From Eledone cirrhosa (Eukaryota), in contig OZ024743.1 of the NCBI GenBank assembly GCA_964016885.1, positions 284,518,001-284,582,000 on the forward strand: a stretch of 64,000 nt of DNA, given 5' to 3'. A model generated the notes under the pieces. That model ran no database searches. It was not told where the DNA came from and saw only the letters and a program-made list of their open reading frames with translations. The position numbers and the translations under genes are program-made. Shown one piece after another: positions 51,783 to 64,000 of the stretch. Every line of letters begins with the position of its first letter. Position 1 is the first letter of the stretch.

Positions 51783-54700
51783 AATATTAGAATATTATAA
51801 AACAAATCAAATCTTATAGTGTAAACAAAACACAAAATCAATTCAATTGAAAGTGTCGCTGATGTAAACATTTGTTGTATACATTTTTAAGTGACTAAAC
51901 TGTTATTTGGTTAAAAGAAAACTTTAACTGAAACATAGATTTGTCAGAGGATCCAAATCACTAGCATTTTAAATTTGTATCTTCTTTTATTTTCTAGAAT
52001 GCTAAATAATTTATTTATTAAATTTTAAGCCTGAAATGAAACAAAAAAATACTTTCCTTATAATTTATATTTTTGGGTTATGAAATAAATAAAATTATCA
52101 GTCATTTTGTTTATTTGTTTTACCTTATATTTTTTTACTTTATATTTAGAGATGGTAAAGAAATAGAGCAATGAAGTAATACAACTAAAGGCAATGATTA
52201 GAAAACACACACATTGATTCATTGGAAATCAAGATTTACTCCAGTTCTATAAACTTGCAAAATAGCTTGAAAAAACAAAAATAAGAACAACCAACTATTT
52301 TAATGACTCAAGACTATTTTGGCAGGTTATTGTGTTGGTCAATGTGTTGATTGATGTAAGAAATAAATGATTAGGACCAACAAGGAAAGCGAAGTGCTAA
52401 GTTAGATATTTTTGTTTATGTCATGGAATATGACAAAATCATGTACCAAAATATAACACAAACAGAATGTGTAAAAGGCTTGGTATAAAAAAGTATTTCC
52501 TTGATTTGTTGTTAAATATAGAGTTCATAGATAAGAGTATTTTGTGAATATTTGAGTTAATGTGTGCATGTGGCTTGAAAAATGTGTTCACATTAGATAA
52601 AGAAATGGATAAGCGAGTAAATGAGGAGATGTTGATCGAGATAAGATATCATCTTGGTAAGTGAAATACCATGACTTGACTGTGACAACACCTACAACTG
52701 CAATGACTGCCTCACATGATGTCCCTCCTCAAGTAGCTTAAAGAGAAGAGAGCGAATGCAAACAGACCAGAGAGAAAAGAAGGTGAAGCTGGATCTATTT
52801 TGGACTTAAATACCTATAGGTTCACCATAGCTATTTCCAGTGATGCCATTATAGCTATTTTGGTCTGCATTTCATATCTGTATTTTTACCCTGGATAATT
52901 TTTCTACAGCTGAATTGTACATTGTAAAATATTAATTTCTTTCTGAAGTACAATCCCACCAATTATAGGAAAGAAAAATGAGAATATTGTTTAAAGGAAT
53001 TTAAAATGTAAACTGAGAAAGAAAACTTGTTCGCAAAATTAGCCATTCAGTAGATTAAGTTTTATTCTTTGATATTAATCTTCTTTGAAGTATAATAATT
53101 TTAAATGTCCCCAGGTATCTAAAATTTGTCTTTTTAGTTATCAATTTTAAAAAATCGTTGATGATTGGCACCAAAATATATAACATAATTTTAATAGAAA
53201 CTCATAAAATTAAAATTTGATAACAGACCAAATAGCAAACAACAGTAACTAGTATATAGTATTCATTAATATAAACAAGATTACTATAGTTAATATAAAC
53301 AAGATTACTATAGTATGAAGATGGTGGATGTTTATTAATTTAACAGAAACTTCTAAAGAAGTCAGGGGCTTGGAGAAAATAATTTGAATAATTTAACATA
53401 ACAGGGAAAATGGATGTTAAACGATGATAATGATGATGACTCAAACAATAAGAATATAAATTTTAGCTGTAAATTCCAATATAAGAAATGAAAATATATC
53501 AACCAGAAGTATATATCAAATTACCACCTAAAGTGTTCTTGGAAGATAAACACTATTATATATCTGTCTATCCATCCGTCTGCACACTATGAAAACTGAA
53601 TACCAACATAAAAAGTAAAGTAAAAATATTCACGACAAAAATTGAACGTTTGAGCAAGACGTGGTCTCCCGGACCTATCTAGTTGCCAATCATGATAACC
53701 TGTCCAACCTATATCAGCAGAGAAACCAACTATAAAATGATGATACAGCATCTGTATAATCCACGAAGAAAAATATCCAAGTCCAAGACTCCTCAGAGCT
53801 AAATCAGGGAAGGAGATAGAGAAAAACTGAAAGTTGAAATGGAGTGGGGGGAAAGAAGAAACACAGAGAACTGAGGAGGAGTGGAAAGTTAAGAAACAAT
53901 ATCAGAGTGTTTAAATGAAATGAAATTGGATTTTTCAAAAAAAAAAAAAGTATATACATACATATATATATATATATATGTTTTGATTGATAAACACAAT
54001 ATAGTACAATACAAAAATCAATTTAATGCAAATATGGCAAAATTATAGAAGCCATAAACGAAAACAAACTGAAATTATAAACAAAAAAATAAATAATGAG
54101 TGATCTTACAACTGGAATGAGTTTGTAGAAAATAAAAGGAAAAATACATATATAATCCATTATTGTTGTTATTCCTGTGAACATGCTTTTTAATTTTCTA
54201 CAAATTTAACTATTGAAACACTTCATGTGACATCTTTTTTACTTCTAATGCCAAATTTTTTCAATATGATTAATAGCAAGCTCTACTATTTTTCAAACAA
54301 ATCATTATTTATTTATTTTCATTTATATTTTAAATAATTTTTACATTTAAGTTTCTTGTGAATTAATATAGTTTCTCCAGTGTTTATCAATTGTGACCTT
54401 GTCATTTGGTGGCCAGTGGTTGGGATAGTGTCATATTTATTGGGAAGGATTCTTCCAAACCACTTCATTATGGAGAAATGTATAACTGGGTGAGGTATCT
54501 GGTAGCTGATACTAGAGTAGGATGAGTTTCTAATTATAATCATGGCATGCATCTATTAGTGAGGCTGACAAAATGATTGGAAACTTCCATTCATGTGGAA
54601 AACTGGAATGAATTCTCCAGAACCATCTAACTATTGTATCAATTAATAAATCCCATTAATTATCAGGCCTTCTGGTGCTAAGGGGCTTTGGGGGCACTTA

Positions 54701-56019
54701 AGCCTTAAGCTCCAATAATGTGGAAACTTGTTGAATGATCTTAAAGTTTTGTTAGTTAAAAAAAAAATGTATTACTGTTTAGATAAGTAACAAATACAAA
54801 TGCTTTGGTTTGTACTACACTGATTTTCTATAGATTCAAAATATGTTAGTATGATCATATTTTGAAATTCTTTCTTAGTCTCATATTGGTGATAAAAAAG
54901 TGTGAGCTAATAATAATAAACATGTACAGTATATATACTTAAGCTTTCCAATCCCAAATCTGTAATAGAAACTCTGATTATGCAATGATCCTGCTTAGAA
55001 TTGTGGAATGTGCCATCTTGTAGTACCTATTTCGATAAAAGTCAATTATGAGAATTACAATAAACCAGTGATTCTTCAACCAGCAGTTCAATACCTTATC
55101 AATATGACCAGCTACAATTCATGTTGGACATATAAAATAAATATATTTGTAATGGTTAGCAAGGCCATACCTTTAGAGGTCAACTGAACACAATAGTTAT
55201 TGTTTGCAATATTTCAGAATCACTTGGCCTTAACCAACTTTTCCATCAGACATTATTGGCGCCATCTCTGTTCAGTATATTCTAAGTTTGGTAGAAATAA
55301 TCAATAGGTAACTTTCTTAGCTAAATCAATCACTTTATTTAGCAACTATTAATATTGTTTCTACTTGAATGTAAATAATACTAATCTAGTATATGAAGAA
55401 GGCAAGCATTAATCTTTGTGCAAGCTGAGCCCATTATCTGGTTTTTCATTCCAAGTGGTAAATATTTCACTTTCTACATGTTGCTAGTTCACTTAAGGAA
55501 GGTATTCATCTCACAAAATATATTTCTCCTTCTAAAGACCTTATCCGTCATGCTTTCTTGGAGAAATTAATAGAAAACAATTCCAGTGTTAAGTCTCTCA
55601 GAAATTATGGATGAGTCATAACAAGCTATGCTACAAAAAGGACATTTAGTACAATAACAGAATATAAGCAAATCATTGTAGACTGTATTTGTTAATAATA
55701 GAAAAAGAATGTTTGACAGCAGTCTGAGTAAGATTTGGTAATCAATCAGGAGACTAAGCATGACCTAACACTTTGAAGAGATTATTCAAGCTATTTATGG
55801 TGTTCAATAACAGTAGGGTGTGGATAAATATAAGTTAATATTTCAACTCAACTCAAGGCCAAATTTGTGGAGGAACATGGTGTGGCAGATGGAATCAAGC
55901 ACAGCATAACTTCTGTTACTCATTTGATCAAGTCATTAATGGAAATATAAGTCAGTGTCAAATGAATTTGAACTAAAGATCTGGATGGATGAAACTATAA
56001 ACTGCACATGGCTCTGCAG

Positions 56020-58050
56020 GGAATGGCATTGACAAACTTGTCATCAACCTCAAAGGGCCTATTCAAAAGTTTGTCAATCTATTTGCACCACCTGACAAGA
56101 ATATCCTTTGAATCCCGAAGCAATGCTTTGCTGTCCTGGGTGCGAAGAGGTGCAACTGGAGAGGATAATGGCCCACACACTTTCCACAACAAATTATACA
56201 ACAACTTTGTGTTGTTGGAGTCAAAGACCTTCTGAATTTCCTCTGCTTTATCCCTCCACCAGTTATCTCGCATGCTATGAAAACTAAGCTGCACTTTACA
56301 CTTCATCACTTTGAGCAAGTCTCCATTCTTACTCATTTCTGGTCCAGCAGCTAGCGCTTTCATTAGCACTGTGTTCCTTTCATTTAAAAGCATTCTCATC
56401 AAACCAGTCTTGATGTTTTCTTTTGATTAAATCCAGAACATCCTTGCAGACTTCATACACAGATGTTGTGAACTCTTCCCATGGTTCATCACATAGAATG
56501 TCATCCATTCTCTTCACCAGCTATTCTTTAATAGTATCATCTTTTAGACAAGCCACATTTACTTTCTTTGTTATAGTCAGACTACGAACCCTAACCTTTG
56601 CTTTCACAGTAAACTTCACCTTTGCAAGAACCAGATGATGATCAGTCCAACATTCAGCACCTCGCATAACCCTGACACTGCACGCATCCCAAACATCCTG
56701 CCTACAAACAAGAACATAATCAATCAAGTGCCACTGCTTTGAACCTGGGTACATCCAGGTTGTTTTGTATTTATCTTTTTGTTGAAATAGGGTGTTTGCT
56801 ATGCACAGATCTAGCTCCTGACACATTTGTAGCAGCAGCAAACAATTGCTACTGTACCTTTCAACTTTTTTCCGAGAACATCCCAGGTTTCATAATCCTT
56901 GCCAACTCTAGTGTTGAAGTCATCCAGAATGACAACTTTGTCAGCCTGAGAAATTGTGCAGATTAGTTCCTTCAATGAGAGATAAAAAGAAAGTTTTACA
57001 TCCACAGAGGAACACTTGGTTGGAGCATATACACTCACTATAATGATAAACCTGTTCTTTAATAATGGAATTCTCATTGACATAAGGCGATCAGTTAATC
57101 CACATGGAAGCTCTTCCAGCTTAGAGAATTCTTAACAGCAAATGCTACACCAGTTTCCCTCTTGCATCCTTGTGCTCTTCCTCTCCAATAAAAGGTGTAA
57201 CCACCAAACTGTTCTGAGAATTGGCCTTCTTCAGAGTGTGTCTTGTTTCAGGATGTATTGTAGAAGACTGAGAATCTAATAAGGTGCGAACATTCCAGCA
57301 CCCAATATTCAAACGCTAAAACTTGAAATTCTCACAGTAGCAGGAAGACAACCAGCCCCAAGCTGCAGTGCCTTGGGACACCTGCCAGGCCAGACCCTTT
57401 CACTATCCATTCCAGAGCTCTTATTGCTATTGGTCTGAAAGGTATTATATCTCATCATTATGTGGTAGTGCCTTTTTCAGCTACGGCTAGCCATGTCATG
57501 CATCATAAAAGATGTTAAGCAATGCCTATACTTGAAGCTTTGCACAGAGCCAGTCCCACTCACTTAACATCAAATGCATTTACCCAAAAGGTAGAACTCG
57601 TCTACATCATTGGATGCAAACGAAGTCACAGATTTTGCATCTGAGTGATCTTCTCCTAGAGAGATGTCTTAAATGAAGACTAAGGGGTCTCTCAGTCCAC
57701 TGCCCCGCTTATAAAGAAATTTTAAATATTTGAAAACTTGAGAAAAAAAATTTTTTTTTAAAGTTAAAAAAAAAAGTTAATAGATGAAATTGATTACAGT
57801 GTTTATAAATAAAAATATGCATTATATAAAAGCATATATACATATGTACATATTTTATTGGATAACCGTTGACTCTCCTGAGTTCCTCCGCCCTTTCATG
57901 GGTTTTGTTTTTCATCCCGCAGGGTGTTCAAAATCGCCCTCTTCATCAAGCATGCAAGCTTGGTGGGGCTGCCGGTTTAGTCGGTAATGACCCAACCATG
58001 GTCAGAGTGTACTAAGTTATATGTTACTAGTAGCGCTAAGGAGCCAGCAT
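56020..58050 (-). mobile_element. Degenerate 5' portion of an RTE/BovB-like LINE (endonuclease region + 5' UTR)
   Basis: Frameshifted minus-strand fragments NIGCWNVRTLL (~57276-57309), MSMRIPL...SVYAPT...DFNTRVG, TTWMYPGSKQWHLIDYVL...RGAECWTDHHLV and WWRDKAEEIQ. These are characteristic of the RTE-BovB endonuclease and linker. The upstream UTR is interrupted by AT-rich sequence. Confidence 0.8.
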
Positions 58051-58194
58051 AGGTTTTGTTTTGTTTCATTCATTTATTAACTAAATATATATATACATAT
58101 ATACACACACATATATATATACACACATATATATATATACACACACACACATATATATATATACACACACACGTTATACATATATGTCATTTCA

Positions 58195-58658
58195 TGAGTG
58201 CAATGCCCTGTGCGTAAAGATATTTTTTTAAAGTGAGGAAAGACTGTGCAATCCACTCTCTGAGCAGTAAGATATTTTAACCCGAAAGAATGAGCAAGAT
58301 ACCCGAAAGTCAATCAGCAGTAACTACAGAGACACAGGTTTTATATCGGAGTTATCCCAGTTTCCTGATTTGCCTTCTCCTAGAAGAATGCCCTGACAAA
58401 GGCTAGGGGTCCTTCACTCCCAGTGGTTTAACCGTGCAGTAATGTCTATATACATGTTTACACACTTTCGGATGGCTGTTGATCTTATGAGTTCTTCCGC
58501 CCTTTGTCAGGTTTTGTTTTTTGTCCTGCAGGGTGTCCAAAATCACTTTCCTCACCAAGTAAATTTGGTAGGGTTGCCGGTTTAGTCGCCGACGACACTA
58601 CCATGCGACAGGTTGTACTGGGTTACATGTTACCAGTAGCACTCAAGAATAACCCGAC
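58195..58658 (-). mobile_element. 5' UTR-like fragment related to the 56-58 kb LINE
   Basis: Shares GGTTTTGTTTTT...GCAGGGTGT...GCCGGTTTAGTCG with 57900-57985. Shares GGTTTTATATCGGAGTTATCCCAGTTTCCTGA.TTGCCTTCTCCTAG with 37670-37853. Confidence 0.65.
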
Positions 58659-58659
58659 A

Positions 58660-59059
58660 TATGTATATATATATATACACATTTATATATATACACATAT
58701 ATATTTACCCATATACATATATATATATACATATACATATATATATATATATACATACATATATATATATACATATATATATACACATACATACATATAT
58801 ATACATACATACATATATATATATACATATATATATACACATACATACATATATACACATACATACATATATACACATACATACATATATACACATACAT
58901 ACATATATACACATACATACATATATACACATACATATATATATATACATACATATAAATATACATACATATATATATACATACATATAAATATACATAC
59001 ATATATATATATACACATACATATATATATATACACATACATATATATATATACATACA

Positions 59060-59091
<32 letters not shown>

Positions 59092-59192
59092 CATATATAT
59101 ATATACACATACATATATATATATACATATATATATATACATATATATATATATACACATATATATATATACATATATATATATACACATAC

Positions 59193-59223
<31 letters not shown>

Positions 59224-59480
59224 CATATATATATATACACATACATATATATATATATACATACATATATATATATATACATATATATACACATACATAT
59301 ATATACATATATATGCACATACATATATATATACATATATATACACATACATATATATATATACATATATATACACATACATATATATATATACATATAT
59401 ATACACATACATATATATATACATATATATACACATACACATATATATACATATATATACACATACATATATATATATAC

Positions 59481-59511
<31 letters not shown>

Positions 59512-59610
59512 CATACATATAAATATACATATAAATATACATATATATACACATACATACATATACACATACATATATATATACACATGCATACATATAT
59601 ATATACATAT
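58660..59610. repeat. Compound (TA)n/(TACA)/(CA) microsatellite
   Basis: Seen directly. Another block lies at 60263-60840. Confidence 0.95.
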
Positions 59611-59611
59611 G

Positions 59612-60262
59612 GTGGCTGCCAACTCGTTTTCGAGTAGGGCCACTACTTTATATCCATGTAGGAGAACCCCTACCGATGCGCTGAACGAGTGCGACTTTTT
59701 AGTCGAGCCAGGGACTTGAAAACTCTGGTACAAACACTACAATTGTGACAATTATTGACACATAGTGCTGGGCCCATGGTACCATGTGACGACAAGTGCA
59801 GAGAGATCTCCAGATATAAAGCAATGCCTGTGCCGTGAAGCTTTTATAGTGAGCAAAGGCACTGCACAAAGCCAGTCCCACTCTCTTAATCAAGATGATA
59901 TTTACCAAAAAGAAGAACAAGTAAACATCATTGGATAGCATCAGAGTTGCAGGTGTTATATCAGAGTTTTCCTTCTCCTAGAATTCTGCCTTGGCAAAGG
60001 CTAAGGGGTCATCTCTCCCGGTGATTTTGGATGGCCATTGACTCTTAAGAGCTCCTTTGCCCTTTGACAGGTTTTGTTTTTAGTATCTATCTAGGGCGGG
60101 TAAAATTCCAGAGATCCATGGACGAGTTCTCTTCAGTGGTCTCTGTGCCTCATTATCGCTGCAGTGTACTGCGTCTCCAACAGACTAGTGTCTGTCCTTA
60201 GGGCATCAACATACGTTAACCTTGGTCTTCCTCTTCAAGTGTGTCCATGTAGGGGCTCCCAC
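59612..60262 (-). mobile_element. Degenerate RTE C-terminal fragment followed by a 5' UTR-like module
   Basis: Minus strand 60262-60110 reads [24 protein letters not shown]...MRHRDH*REL, an RTE C-terminus pattern. 59810-60080 resembles 57540-57700 and 58200-58520. Confidence 0.55.
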
Positions 60263-60311
60263 ATATATATACACATATATATATATATAGATACATATAT
60301 ATACATACATA

Positions 60312-60352
<41 letters not shown>

Positions 60353-60799
60353 ACATACATATATATATACATACATATATATATACATACATATATATAT
60401 ACATATATATATATATACATATATATATACATACATATATATATACATATATATATACATACATATATATATACATATATATATACATATATATATATAC
60501 ATATATATATACATATATATATATATACATATATATATACATATATATATATATACATATATATATACATATATATATATATACATATATATATACATAT
60601 ATATATATACATATATATATATATACATATATATATACATACATATATATATACATACATATATATATACATACATACATATATATATATATACATACAT
60701 ACATATATATATATACATACATATATATATATACATACATATATATCCATATATATATATACATACATACATATATATACATACATACATATACATACA

Positions 60800-60835
<36 letters not shown>

Positions 60836-60840
60836 CATAC

Positions 60841-62079
60841 AGCTGAATCTATGGTAGAACTAGAGAATAAATTCCAAACCTGGAAGCAGAGACTAGAAAG
60901 AAAGGGTCTCAAAGTCAACATGACAAAAACTAAGGTCCTTGTAAGTAGACGAGAAAACAGAACCCAGATCCCCTCAGGGAAATGGCCTTGCTCAGTATGT
61001 AGGAAAGGTGTAGGTAGGAACTCCATTCTCTGCCCCAAATGCAAACAATGGGTACACAAGAGATGTAGCGGGATCTCAGGAAGCTTAATTAAGAATGTAG
61101 GATTCACATGCAGCAGCTGTGCTGAGACAGCAAACAGCAAACGGCCACAGGAAACAAGTACCACCAATCTCTGGGAGGGCCCTGTAGAAACAGTAGACAG
61201 CTTCTGCTACCTAGGTGACCGAATTATCAACGGAGGTGGGTGTTCAGAAAGTGCAATAAGTAGGGTAAGAACGGGATGGAAGAAGTTTAGGGAACTACTA
61301 CCACTGCTAGCTGCAAAAGGCTTCTCCCTCAGAATGAAAGGCAGACTGTATGATGCGTGTATCCGAACAGCGATGTTGCATGGTAGTGAGACCTTGGCGC
61401 TGAAGGTGGAAGACTTACGTAGATTAGAGAGAAACGAAGCCTGCAAGCTCCGATGGATGTGTAACAATAATATACGTGAACGACAAAGCATAAATTGAGA
61501 GAGAGACTGAGCATAAGAGGAATCAAATGCTGTGTGCAGGAGAGGTGGTTGCGCTGGTATGGACATGTGATGCGTATGAAGGATGGCAGCTGCATAAAAA
61601 GGTGCAGAGCACTAGAAGTTGATGGAAACCGCGGAGTGGGGAGACCCAAGATGACCTGGGATGAGGTGATAAAAGCCGACCTTACCCAATTACACCTCTC
61701 AAAGACAATGACACACGACCGTGACTTCTGGCGTCACGCAGTAATACAGAGTACCCGACCTCCCATGGGTACAAACTGAAGCATATAGACAATATGTCCC
61801 CACACCCCCCACTGCAAGGTGGTCGTGGAGGTGCCACGGCAAAAAAGCACCCAGCCCACACTGTAAAGTGGACGTGTAGGCGCCACGAAAAAGCACCCAG
61901 CACTCAATGTAAATGAGGTTGGTGTTAGGAAGGGCATCCAGCTGTAGAAATCAAGCCAAATCAGTTCCTGTATGAGCAAGGCATGGTCAGCCGACCAGAC
62001 ACTGCCCACAACAGGACAACCCGTCTAACCCATGCTAGCGTGGAAGAACGGACGTAAAACGGTGATGATGATGATGATG

Positions 62080-62081
<2 letters not shown>
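60841..62081 (+). mobile_element. 5'-truncated RTE family B copy
   Basis: From [11 protein letters not shown] onward it is nearly identical to 23427-24658, with a small deletion/frameshift near 61495. Long TA-derived microsatellites flank both sides. Confidence 0.9.
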
Positions 62082-62110
<29 letters not shown>

Positions 62111-62273
62111 CATATATATATATATACATACATACATATATATACATATATATATACATACATACATATATATACATATATATATACATACATACATATA
62201 TATATATACATATATACATACATACATATATATATATACATATATACATACATACATATATATATATACATAT

Positions 62274-62310
<37 letters not shown>

Positions 62311-62715
62311 CATACATATATATATATATACATATATATATACATACATATATATATATATATACATATATATACATACATACATATATATATATACATA
62401 CATATATATATACATATATATATACATACATACATATATATATATACATACATATACATATATATATACATACATACATATATATATATACATATATATA
62501 TACATACATATATATATACATATATATATACATACATACATATATATATACATATATACATACATACATATATATATACATATATATATACATACATATA
62601 TATATACGTATATATATACATACATATATATATACATATATATATACATACATATATATATACGTATATATATACAAACATATATATATACATATATATA
62701 TACATACATATATAC

Positions 62716-62750
<35 letters not shown>

Positions 62751-62767
62751 CATACATATATATATAC

Positions 62768-62807
<40 letters not shown>

Positions 62808-62927
62808 ATATACATACATATATATATACATACATATATATATACATACATATATATATACATATATATACATACATATATATATATATATATACATACA
62901 TATATATATACATACATATATATATAC

Positions 62928-62979
<52 letters not shown>

Positions 62980-63710
62980 ATACATACATACATACATACA
63001 TATATACATACATATATATATACATACATATTTATATATACATATATATACATATGTATATATACATATATATACATATGTATATATACATATATACATA
63101 CATATATACATACATATATATATACATACATATTTATATATACATATATATACATATGTATATATACATATATATACATATGTATATATACATATATATA
63201 TATATACATATATATATATACATATATATATATACATATATATACACATAGATATATATATACACATACATATATATATATACATAAATATACATATATA
63301 TATACACATACATATATACACACATACATATATATATATATATATAAACACATACATATATATACACATACATATATATATATATATATAAACACATACA
63401 TATATATACACATACATATATATATATATACATAAATATACACATACATATATATATATACATAAATATACACATACATATATATATATACATAAATATA
63501 CACATACATATATATATATACATAAATATACACATAAATATATACATATATATACACATACATATATACATATATATACACATACATATACACATACATA
63601 TTTATATATATTTACATACATATATACATAAATATACACATACATATATATAAATACTTATATATATATACACATACATATATACAAATATATAGACATA
63701 CATATATATA
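62082..63710. repeat. Compound (TA)n/(TACA) microsatellite, ~1.63 kb
   Basis: Seen directly. It is bounded by convergent RTE tails, and more microsatellite follows at 63815-64000. Confidence 0.95.
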
Positions 63711-63814
63711 TCATCATCATCATCATCATCACCGTTTTACGTCCGTTCTTCCACACTAGCATGGGTTAGACGGGTTGTCCTGTTGTGGGCAGTGTCTGGT
63801 CGGCGGACCATGCC
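63711..63814 (-). mobile_element. RTE family B extreme 3' fragment
   Basis: Reverse complement of the last ~100 nt of family B plus (GAT)n, embedded in microsatellite. Confidence 0.85.
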
Positions 63815-63966
63815 ATATATACATATATATACACATACATATATATATATACATATATATACACATACATATATATATATACATATATATACACATACAT
63901 ATATATATATATACATACACATACATATATATGTACATATATATACACTTACATATATATATACAT

Positions 63967-64000
<34 letters not shown>

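Noticed and set aside
51488-51871. Alternative-frame 127-aa ORF overlapping the Cav1 exon
   Set aside because: It starts in intron sequence, runs through the polypyrimidine tract and has no recognisable homology. The other frame carries the Cav1 motifs.

Overview
This is AT-rich, microsatellite-dense animal genomic DNA. The repeat landscape suggests a coleoid cephalopod such as Octopus, which is an inference. I found one host exon, 51358-51760 on the minus strand, from an L-type voltage-gated Ca2+ channel alpha1 (Cav1) gene. It encodes an NSCaTE-like motif and ...[16 protein letters not shown], and ends at a U12-type (minor spliceosome) AT-AC donor, ATATCCTTT. I could not find the next exon by eye, so bases 1-51357 may all be one minor intron of more than 51 kb. 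The introns contain two full-length RTE-clade LINEs, one with an intact 1039-aa ORF. Both carry a PHD-type C4HC3 finger inside the C-terminal RT region. There are also many 5'-truncated copies joined to (TA)n-derived microsatellites, several of them as tail-to-tail pairs. Other repeats include degenerate RTE/BovB-like LINEs, tRNA-derived SINEs, a head-to-tail array of Helitron-like elements with a palindromic minisatellite, and a mariner-like MITE. At least four well-formed and three variant or degenerate type I hammerhead ribozymes with palindromic stem III (Penelope-like-element type) are present. Two of them sit in a ~435-bp near-perfect inverted repeat. Almost all listed Y/I/H/M/C-rich ORFs are microsatellite artefacts. 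Coordinates were read by eye, so repeat boundaries are approximate.
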